DNA of 32,000 bases. Origin: Candidatus Jordarchaeales archaeon. GTDB lineage: Archaea; Asgardarchaeota; Jordiarchaeia; Jordiarchaeales; Freyrarchaeaceae. Positions within the stretch are counted from its first letter, which is position 1; each line of letters opens with the position of its first letter. Made by a program: the position numbers and the translations under genes. Under the pieces are notes generated by a model. It was not told the DNA's origin. It searched no databases and was given only the letters and a program-made list of their open reading frames with translations. Positions 24,601 to 32,000 of the stretch are shown here, piece after piece. The stretch lies in the NCBI GenBank assembly GCA_038889235.1, contig JAWAHN010000001.1:674499-706498 (forward strand), read 5' to 3'.

Positions 24601-26499
24601 ATGTTTTATGAGGATGTTGAAGAGCTTAAACGAGTAATTCTAGAAAATATCCCCAGGTCGGCAGATGTTACAGCAATAGAATTAGAGGGGCCTGAAATAG
24701 CGGTTTATTTGAAAAATCCGAATTTACTTGTTGACGATGCAGAAATAGTCAAGAATATAGCGAAGAAAATTAAGAAACGCATAGTTATTAGGTCAGATCC
24801 TTCTGTCAGACTCCCCCCGGAAGAAGCTGAAAAGATAATTAGGGAAATAGTTGTCGAAGACGCTGGCATTGGCGAAATCTCGTTCGACAACATTTTAGGA
24901 GAAGTTATAATAGAGGCTAAAAAACCAGGACTTGTAATCGGCAAAAATGGTGTAACTTTAAAGGAAATAACAAGGGCGACCCGCTGGAGACCCATTGTAG
25001 TTAGAGAGCCGCCTATGGAGTCAAAATTAGTCAAAAGAATAAGGGGAGTACTCCAGCTTGAAAAAGAGCAGAGGATGAACATTTTAAGAAAAAGTGGATG
25101 GCGAATACATCGCTCACCGATTTTCAAGAATGGATGGGTAAGATTGGTTACCCTGGGGGGATTCAGGGAAATTGGACGAACAGCGATCTTGGTTCAAACG
25201 CCTGAAAGTTCAATTTTAATTGATTGCGGGATCAATGTTGGAGGCGGTGGGGGGGCGTTCCCATACTTAGACGCGCCAGAATTCGACATAGAAAAATTGG
25301 ATGCGGTTATAGTTACTCATGCGCACCTAGATCATAGTGGTTTCGTGCCTTTCTTGTTTAAGTATGGATACGATGGACCGGTTTATTGCACCACACCTAC
25401 TAGGAATCTTATGACGCTACTTCAATTAGATTACCTTGAAGTAGCCGAAAGGGAGGGAAAGATAACTCCTTACACTCAAAAAGATGTTAAAAAGGCGGTG
25501 CTCCACACAATAACACTAGAGTACGGTGAAGTGACGGACATAGCGCCGGATGTGAGGCTAACACTTCATAATGCCGGCCACATACTGGGGTCCGCCATAG
25601 TTCACCTCCACATCGGTGATGGGCTTTACAATATAGCTTACACTGGAGACTTTAAGTTCGCCAAAACAAGGCTGCTTGAACCAGCTTGCAACACTTTCCC
25701 ACGACTCGAAACAATAATAATTGAAAGCACTTATGGTGGACCAGAGGATATCAAGCCCTCCCGGAAAAACGCCGAAAGAGCTCTAGTTTCAGCGATAAAT
25801 GCCACTTTAAGCAGGGGGGGTAAAGTCTTAATTCCTGTACTGGGAGTCGGGAGAGCACAAGAATTGATGTTAGTCATCGAAGAGTACATGAGAAGGGGAA
25901 TAATAAAAGAGACTAAGGTTTACATTGATGGAATGATAAGTGAAGCAACAGCTATACACACGACACACCCTGAGTACCTTTCGAGAGAATTAAGGGAAAG
26001 AATATTCCACCAGGGAAGCAACCCCTTCCTTGCAAAGTGTTTCGAACCAGCTAAGAAAGAAAAAATGGACGTAGTTGAGGGAGATCCATGCATAATTATG
26101 GCGACGTCAGGAATGCTCACCGGAGGTCCAAGCGTTGAGTACTTCAGACTTATGGCTCCTGATCCCAGAAATTGTCTGCTATTTGTATCATATCAGGTTG
26201 AGGGAACTCTAGGGAGAAGGGTGCAGAAGGGATGGAAAGAAGTACCCATGCGTACTGAAGATGGAAAAACGGAGATAATTCCGGTCAAGATGGAAATAAA
26301 AACCATTGAAGGTTTTTCAGGACACAGCGATAGAAGGCAGATAATTAATTACCTTAGGACTATTAATTCTAAACTTGAAAGAGTGATTACCTGCCACGGA
26401 GAGGAAAGTAAATGTCTCAATATGGCAACATTAATCCACAAGTCCTTTGAAATAGAAACCAGAGCCCCTCAGAACCTAGAAACTATTAGGTTAAAGTAA
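24601..26499 (+). CDS. beta-CASP ribonuclease aCPSF1 (transcription termination factor FttA)
   Basis: N-terminal KH domains, LGGFREIGR, THAHLDHSG, NAGHILGS, ESTYGG, GFSGHSDR, TCHGE. Confidence 0.97.
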   Translation: MFYEDVEELKRVILENIPRSADVTAIELEGPEIAVYLKNPNLLVDDAEIVKNIAKKIKKRIVIRSDPSVRLPPEEAEKIIREIVVEDAGIGEISFDNILGEVIIEAKKPGLVIGKNGVTLKEITRATRWRPIVVREPPMESKLVKRIRGVLQLEKEQRMNILRKSGWRIHRSPIFKNGWVRLVTLGGFREIGRTAILVQTPESSILIDCGINVGGGGGAFPYLDAPEFDIEKLDAVIVTHAHLDHSGFVPFLFKYGYDGPVYCTTPTRNLMTLLQLDYLEVAEREGKITPYTQKDVKKAVLHTITLEYGEVTDIAPDVRLTLHNAGHILGSAIVHLHIGDGLYNIAYTGDFKFAKTRLLEPACNTFPRLETIIIESTYGGPEDIKPSRKNAERALVSAINATLSRGGKVLIPVLGVGRAQELMLVIEEYMRRGIIKETKVYIDGMISEATAIHTTHPEYLSRELRERIFHQGSNPFLAKCFEPAKKEKMDVVEGDPCIIMATSGMLTGGPSVEYFRLMAPDPRNCLLFVSYQVEGTLGRRVQKGWKEVPMRTEDGKTEIIPVKMEIKTIEGFSGHSDRRQIINYLRTINSKLERVITCHGEESKCLNMATLIHKSFEIETRAPQNLETIRLK

Positions 26500-26517
26500 G
26501 GGTTAAAGGGTGTCAGT

Positions 26518-27699
26518 TTGATGTATAGGAGCTCACCTGTTTTTAAGGATGAAAGCACGTTTTTTCATGAATATGTGCCACCCGAGCTCCCGCATAGGGA
26601 GAAACAACTAGAACAACTTACAAGATTTTTTAAACCAATATTTACTAATAAGTTTGTAAGTGTCAATGTTGCAATAATAGGACAGGCCGGAGTTGGAAAA
26701 ACGGCCCTTGTGAAACTATTCGGAAAGAAATTAGTTGAAGAGTCTAAGAAAAGTGATGGAAAAGTAATTTTCGAGTACATGTACTGCAGCGCGGCGAGGA
26801 CTCTCTCAGCAGTATTAAGACAGGTGATATCTAAGAATTGGAGAAAAATTCCAATCACCGGGATCACTGGAAGCGAGCTAATAGTAGAGTTAAATGACAG
26901 ACTGGCCAAAGAAGATAAAAGGCTTGTTTTAGCTCTTGACGAAGCCAAACTTTTGGGAGGCGAAGAAATCCATGGGCTCATAAGAAGCGCCGAGTTCTTC
27001 GGCTACGGTAAAGCGAGAATAAGTACTATAATAATAAGTAGGCCCGAAGATTGGGTTGCTTACCTTCAACCCGACCTTTCAGAAGACATACACATCGTTA
27101 TAGAGCTCCCAAGGTATTCTGAGGAGGAACTAAAGGACATTTTAGAGTATAGGGCTAGGATAGGGTTTCATGACGGGGTTGTCAGCCCGGAGATATGCGG
27201 TATGGTGGCTAAAATAGCCAGTGAAACCGGAAACGCACGGCACGGGATAGAAATACTCTACCATGCTGGGCTGCTGGCTGAAAAAAGCGAAGAGAAAAGA
27301 ATAACACCTGAAATGATAAGGATAGCTAAGAACCAAGTTTACCCAGAAACTTCACCTGAAATCCTTAAGGGGCTACACGTTCACGAGCTTTTAACATTGC
27401 TCGCAGTTGCGATCACATTAAAGGAAGAACTGGCAGTCCCCATAGGTAAAGTGTATGAAACATACAAAGTTGTTTGCGAAGAGTATGGAGCGAAACCCCG
27501 CACAACGCGGAATTTCAGAAATTACTTAAGGGTTCTCTCAGAGATCAAGGTAATAAATACTGTTGTTAAGAATTTTAAGAGAGGCAGAAGGACTGTCATT
27601 ACACTGACAGAGATACCTTCATCTGTTCTTGAAGAAAGAGTGAGAAGTTTGCTTGAGAAGAAAGCTCCTATAGACATAAGAGACATAGGGAGCGACTGA
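26518..27699 (+). CDS. cdc6: Orc1/Cdc6 family replication initiator-like AAA+ ATPase
   Basis: YVPPELPHRE, Walker A GQAGVGKT, Walker B LALDE, YSEEELKDILEYR, GNAR, and a C-terminal winged helix. Confidence 0.9.
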   Translation: MMYRSSPVFKDESTFFHEYVPPELPHREKQLEQLTRFFKPIFTNKFVSVNVAIIGQAGVGKTALVKLFGKKLVEESKKSDGKVIFEYMYCSAARTLSAVLRQVISKNWRKIPITGITGSELIVELNDRLAKEDKRLVLALDEAKLLGGEEIHGLIRSAEFFGYGKARISTIIISRPEDWVAYLQPDLSEDIHIVIELPRYSEEELKDILEYRARIGFHDGVVSPEICGMVAKIASETGNARHGIEILYHAGLLAEKSEEKRITPEMIRIAKNQVYPETSPEILKGLHVHELLTLLAVAITLKEELAVPIGKVYETYKVVCEEYGAKPRTTRNFRNYLRVLSEIKVINTVVKNFKRGRRTVITLTEIPSSVLEERVRSLLEKKAPIDIRDIGSD

Positions 27700-27701
27700 A
27701 A

Positions 27702-28784
27702 TTGAAGATACTAGAAGAGAACCTAGAGAGAGGCGAGGTTGTAGTACAAGTAGAGAGCCGGAACGATCTTTGGCATCTTTACAACATAATATGTAAAGGA
27801 GACGTTGTTTACGCGTTGACATATAGGAGGATTCGTGGAGGAGACGATGCCATAAGAGCAGATAGTGGAGAAAGAATACCGGTTTATTTGGGGATACGGG
27901 TTGAAGATGTAGAATTCCACAGGTACTCAGATAGACTTAGAGTTAAAGGAATCATAGTAGAAGGTTCAAATGAGGTGGCTAGAGGAGATTACCACACGAT
28001 AAATGTCGAGGTGGGAAAAAAGGTAAAAGTTGTAAAAGAGGAGTGGCCTACGTATATCATTGACAGGTTAAAGGAGGCAGCAAAAGGCGTAGAGGAGCAT
28101 GTTATATTAGTCGCTGTTGAGGAGGGCGAGGCATATATTGCGTCGATTGACAGAATTACTATTACTCCACTAATTAGGGTTAGCGAAAGTATACCGGGTA
28201 AGAGAGCAGGGGAGGAAAGAGAGAGCAGCTTGAAAATGTTTTACTCCAAGGTGGCTAAGAGCATAATTCACTATGCAAAACAACTTAATCCCGTTAAGAT
28301 AATAATCGCTGGTCCTGGATTGACGAAAAACCGCTTAAAGGAGTACATAGTTAACAACTATCCTGAGCTTGAACCCCTAATTATTCTTGAAAACGCTAGC
28401 TATGGGGATGAAAGCGGAGTTTACGAGGTCATTAGAAGAGGGACTGTAGAGAAAGTTTTAAGGGAGAGCAGGGCGTTGCGAGAAATAGAGGCCATTGAAG
28501 ACCTTTTGACTCAGTTAGCAAAAAATCCTGAAAAAGTAGTGTACGGTAAAGAGCAAGTTGAAAAAGCGGCTCTTTATGGTGCTATACATAGGCTCTTAAT
28601 TGCCTCGAAAATCATGAAGGATGCCACGCCCGAAGAGAGAAAGAACTTAGAGGAGCTGATCAAAAATATTGAAAAAATGAGGGGTGAAGTTATTTTCGTC
28701 GACGGGGAGCATGCCGCCGGGCAGCAACTCCTTGGTTTGGGGGGAATCGCTGCAGTATTGAGATACTCCATCAGCGAGCTATAA
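27702..28784 (+). CDS. pelA: mRNA surveillance protein Pelota (Dom34)
   Basis: DLWHLYNII..GD.V.A.T.R, LGIRVEDVEF, RLRVKGII, YHTINVE, AGPGLTK, GQQLLGLGGIAAVLRY. Confidence 0.95.
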   Translation: MKILEENLERGEVVVQVESRNDLWHLYNIICKGDVVYALTYRRIRGGDDAIRADSGERIPVYLGIRVEDVEFHRYSDRLRVKGIIVEGSNEVARGDYHTINVEVGKKVKVVKEEWPTYIIDRLKEAAKGVEEHVILVAVEEGEAYIASIDRITITPLIRVSESIPGKRAGEERESSLKMFYSKVAKSIIHYAKQLNPVKIIIAGPGLTKNRLKEYIVNNYPELEPLIILENASYGDESGVYEVIRRGTVEKVLRESRALREIEAIEDLLTQLAKNPEKVVYGKEQVEKAALYGAIHRLLIASKIMKDATPEERKNLEELIKNIEKMRGEVIFVDGEHAAGQQLLGLGGIAAVLRYSISEL

Positions 28785-28799
28785 TGGTCTTGACAAATT

Positions 28800-29597
28800 C
28801 TATTGAAGTTCCCTTATGAGAAAATCGCATAAAGCCATTATGCTTTGAACAGCAGGAGAATTAGGCGCATAGTCAAGTAGAGCTTTGTTTGCTAGATCAG
28901 CTTCTATAACATTTTTATCATAGGGTATTAGACCTGCTATTTTCACTCCTATTCTGTTAGCGGCTTCTTCCAGAAAGCTTTTTTCTTCTTCGTTCGAAAT
29001 TTTATTTCCCACCAGAAAGACACGCTTCACACCCAGTCCCAAAGAAAGGTTTTTTATTTTTTCAGCTATGACCACGGATTTAGCCCCTGGTTCTGTTACA
29101 ATCAACATTGAATCCACATTCTTAGCTGTACCCCTACCCAAGTGTTCTATTCCAGCTTCCATGTCAAGTATTACTACTTCGTCTCTTTTTAAAATAAGAT
29201 GGGAAATTAGGGCTCTTACTAGGGCGTTGCTTGGACACATGCAGCCTCCACCTGGATTAACGACTGTACCAGCAACTAAAAGTTTCACTCCATCAGGACC
29301 AACTATTTTGAACTTTTCAGGTATGTCTGAAACTTTAGGATTTAAAATGAAGACACCACCGATCGACCCGGGTCTAGCCCCTGTTCTCTCCTCTATGAGG
29401 TCACTCATTTCAGAAATCGGAGTTATGTTGCGGGCAATTTCTTGTGGTATACCTAAGGAAGAATAGAGGTTCATGCCAGGGTCTACATCTATTGCAAAAA
29501 CATCGAAACCTTTCCTGGAAAACAGCCGGGCAAGTGTCCCTGCAATTGTTGTCTTACCTACACCTCCCTTGCCGGCTACTGCTATCTTGAAGCCCAA
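28800..29597 (-). CDS. cooC: CooC/AcsF-type nickel-insertion ATPase (MinD/ParA-like)
   Basis: KIAVAGKGGVGKTT, DVDP, GGGCMCP (CxC metal motif), LDMEAGIEHLGRGT. The likely start is TTG 29597 after GGTGG. Confidence 0.85.
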   Translation of the reverse strand: MGFKIAVAGKGGVGKTTIAGTLARLFSRKGFDVFAIDVDPGMNLYSSLGIPQEIARNITPISEMSDLIEERTGARPGSIGGVFILNPKVSDIPEKFKIVGPDGVKLLVAGTVVNPGGGCMCPSNALVRALISHLILKRDEVVILDMEAGIEHLGRGTAKNVDSMLIVTEPGAKSVVIAEKIKNLSLGLGVKRVFLVGNKISNEEEKSFLEEAANRIGVKIAGLIPYDKNVIEADLANKALLDYAPNSPAVQSIMALCDFLIRELQ

Positions 29598-29613
29598 AGA
29601 AAACCACCGAGGA

Positions 29614-31086
29614 TTAACCCTTGACGACACCTATTGGTCTAAGTTTGGCTACTAGGGATGCAATGCCTACCTTATGGGAAACGTCGACAACCAAATCGAC
29701 GTTTTTATACGCATCTGGCGCTTCTTCACTTATGACAACTATACTGGCAGCCTCTATGAGTATACCTGATTTTTGAAGCTCATTCTTGATTTTTTCACCC
29801 CAAAACTTCTTCTTTGCGTCAGCTCTGCTAAGCCGCCGGCCTGCACCGTGAGCCGTTGAACCGAAACTTAGTTCCATGGATTCAGGGTTTCCTCGTAAGA
29901 CATAACTAGCAGTACCCATGGTTCCAGGTATGAGAACCGGTTGCCCAATGTCTTTGTACTTTGACGGTATATCTGGATGACCTGGCGGGAAAGCTCTAGT
30001 AGCGCCTTTTCTGTGGACACATAGGACTTTGCTTTCGCCATCAACACGGTGTCTTTCAAGCTTAGCGATGTTGTGAGCCACATCGTATACTACATGTATT
30101 CCAAGGTCTTCGGAAGAAGAGGAGAAGACTTTTTCAAACGATTCGCGCACCCAGTGTGTTATGCACTGCCTGTTTGCCCAAGCAAAGTTTGCAGCCGCCG
30201 CCATCGCCGCCAAGTAATCTTCACCCTCCCTGCTTTTTCCTGGAACAGCCGCCAGCTCTCTGTCTGGAAGCGAGATACCATACTTTCCCATTGCGTGCTC
30301 CATTATCTTTAAATAATCGGAGCATACCTGATGACCTAAACCACGTGAACCGGTATGTATTAGTACTGCTATCTGTCCCTCAAATAATCCCATTTTCTCG
30401 GCTGCCCTCGCATCATAAACTTGCTCAACATATTGTATTTCAAGGAAGTGGTTACCGCTACCTAGTGTCCCGAGTTGAGGGGCACCACGATCCTTTGCCT
30501 TAGAGGAGACCTTGCTCGCATCAGCACTCTTAAGACACCCCTCCTCCTCACAAAATATTCGGTCTTCATCCCAACCGAAGCCTTTTTCGATCGCCCAATT
30601 CACACCGCTTTCAAGTACTTCATTTAGTTCAGAGTGAGAGACTCTAATCTTGCCCTCAGAACCCACACCACTAGGAATCTCTCTGAATAAAACTGCTAGT
30701 AACTCTTTGAGCTTGGGAATAACTTCTTTCTTCGAAAGATTTGTCCTGAGAAGACGAACACCACAATTTATATCGTAACCAACCCCTCCTGGAGAAACCA
30801 CACCATCCTCTTCAAAGTCGACTGCTGCAACTCCGCCTATGGGGAAACCATATCCTTGATGAGCATCAGGAAGAGCTATGGAGTTTTTCTGGATTCCCGG
30901 TAGGCACGCTACATTCATAGCTTGAACTAATGTTTGGTCTTTCTTCATTCCATCGAGAAGTTCCTCATTCGCGAAAATTATGGCCGGAACACGCATACAC
31001 TTCTTGGCATCCTTCGGTATTTCCCATATTAGGTTAGATCTTTTTTTCAGAGGAACCTGGGACACGCCCACCACCCTTCTTTCCAT
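29614..31086 (-). CDS. rtcB: tRNA-splicing ligase RtcB
   Basis: PDAHQGYGFPIGGV, GYDINCGVRL, GTLGSGNHFLE, HTGSRG, DVAHN, HRKGATRA, STAHGAGR, EEAPDAYK. No intein. The start is uncertain (ATG 31086 preferred over the ORF-track 31128). Confidence 0.97.
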   Translation of the reverse strand: MERRVVGVSQVPLKKRSNLIWEIPKDAKKCMRVPAIIFANEELLDGMKKDQTLVQAMNVACLPGIQKNSIALPDAHQGYGFPIGGVAAVDFEEDGVVSPGGVGYDINCGVRLLRTNLSKKEVIPKLKELLAVLFREIPSGVGSEGKIRVSHSELNEVLESGVNWAIEKGFGWDEDRIFCEEEGCLKSADASKVSSKAKDRGAPQLGTLGSGNHFLEIQYVEQVYDARAAEKMGLFEGQIAVLIHTGSRGLGHQVCSDYLKIMEHAMGKYGISLPDRELAAVPGKSREGEDYLAAMAAAANFAWANRQCITHWVRESFEKVFSSSSEDLGIHVVYDVAHNIAKLERHRVDGESKVLCVHRKGATRAFPPGHPDIPSKYKDIGQPVLIPGTMGTASYVLRGNPESMELSFGSTAHGAGRRLSRADAKKKFWGEKIKNELQKSGILIEAASIVVISEEAPDAYKNVDLVVDVSHKVGIASLVAKLRPIGVVKG

Positions 31087-31273
31087 TTTAACCTTTTTCC
31101 ATTTTTTAAAAGTTATGTAGACGCTCACTACCGCGTATAGTAACTAGACAAGGATTGATAAACTGTGGAGAAACGTGGGAATTTTTGAGGATACCCGTGT
31201 AGGAGACATTACGAGTGAGGATAAATAAAAGTATCGCGCTTCAAAAGGAAGGTAAATATGCGATGCGGACAGC

Positions 31274-31612
31274 TTAGTACACTCGCCATGTGTGCTTACA
31301 TAAGGTACATCTAAAGAATATCGTTGAAGCCTCATCAGCCCGCCTAGTTTGAACCTGCCAGTAGTAAGCTGTGGTATTGCCGCATTTAGGACAAACGGCT
31401 TTTGCAGTAGGTAATGTCTTCACTTCCAACTCTTCATCCAGAATCAATGTTTTATCTTTCGGCGAATGTTCTATTTCTCTCTTGACAACAAATCTCTCCT
31501 TATAGTTGGATGGGAGATTCTCTTGGTGGCCACAGCTTCGGCATATTAGTTTAACCTCATTTTTCGCTTTCTCGGGATACATTAGCATACCGCATTTGGG
31601 GCAGAAGTTCAA
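31274..31612 (-). CDS. tfs: Transcription factor S (TFS / RpoM family)
   Basis: FCPKCGMLM...CRSCG and CPKCG...QTRRADE...FFRCTLCKHTWR. The acidic DE pair is intact. Confidence 0.93.
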   Translation of the reverse strand: MNFCPKCGMLMYPEKAKNEVKLICRSCGHQENLPSNYKERFVVKREIEHSPKDKTLILDEELEVKTLPTAKAVCPKCGNTTAYYWQVQTRRADEASTIFFRCTLCKHTWRVY

Positions 31613-31648
31613 CGGCTATCACCTTTCTAGTGTTACAGTTAGATACGA

Positions 31649-32000
31649 TTAATCCTTATTTTTCTCTTCAACAATTCCTAATTCTTTTATAATGTTTCGT
31701 ATGAGCGATGTGAAGGCAGAGACAAAATTACTGGTGTTGTTTTTAACTGAAAGCTTCGGGTTAATCATCGAGGCGATGAAGTTTGCAGCCTCTTTTATCT
31801 CTATCGCCCCAGTTAGCCAAGCATATCCTATTAAGGCCTCCGCCGCGTCACTCAGCTTATACTTGTCTTGTCTTGGCGGTAAATAGAGACGTAATCCCGA
31901 CGCTCTTAAAGCTTCTGCAAGTATGTAGCCAGGGAGCTTCGTTTTTTTGATATCACCTATCGCTATAAGTAAAGCCAAACTGTACATCAAATTGACTACT
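31649..32000 (-). CDS. Archaeal minimal ribonuclease III-family protein (Ribonucleas_3_2-like); 5' end outside the window
   Basis: The frame stays open to the edge: VVNLMYSLAL...ILAEALRASGLR..LPPR...LSDAAEALIGYAWL. Confidence 0.72.
   Translation of the reverse strand, partial: VVNLMYSLALLIAIGDIKKTKLPGYILAEALRASGLRLYLPPRQDKYKLSDAAEALIGYAWLTGAIEIKEAANFIASMINPKLSVKNNTSNFVSAFTSLIRNIIKELGIVEEKNKD

Noticed and set aside
1-32000. CRISPR arrays, IS elements, rRNA, inteins
   Set aside because: No regularly spaced repeats, transposases or rRNA-like sequence were seen. RtcB, Cdc6 and the ligase have normal lengths.

Overview
A gene-dense archaeal chromosomal segment, almost certainly from an Asgard archaeon. 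The evidence is a clear Asgard-type profilin, a longin-domain protein, a RING-finger protein, and core archaeal genes (ATP-dependent DNA ligase, proteasome beta, EgsA, aCPSF1, Orc1/Cdc6, Pelota, RtcB, TFS, AMP phosphorylase). No mobile element, CRISPR array or rRNA is visible. The best-supported unusual feature is a tRNA pair at 20541-20788 that is absent from the ORF track. tRNA-Val(GAC) has one non-canonical intron (30/31). tRNA-Ala(GGC) has three non-canonical introns (33/34, 53/54, 58/59), each with a readable bulge-helix-bulge-type motif, a 5-nt micro-exon, and a predicted splicing order. Other candidates: a cluster of eukaryotic-signature and unknown genes around profilin (coiled-coil/wHTH, SHOCT-like, longin+wHTH with NPRL2-like architecture); a probable operon with a 1308-aa TrmB-family protein whose DNA-binding and effector domains are separated by 817 proline-free helical residues; a membrane-anchored RING protein; and a protein with a Vps62/NPP1-like motif. 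All family assignments come from motif recognition by eye; no database searches were run.
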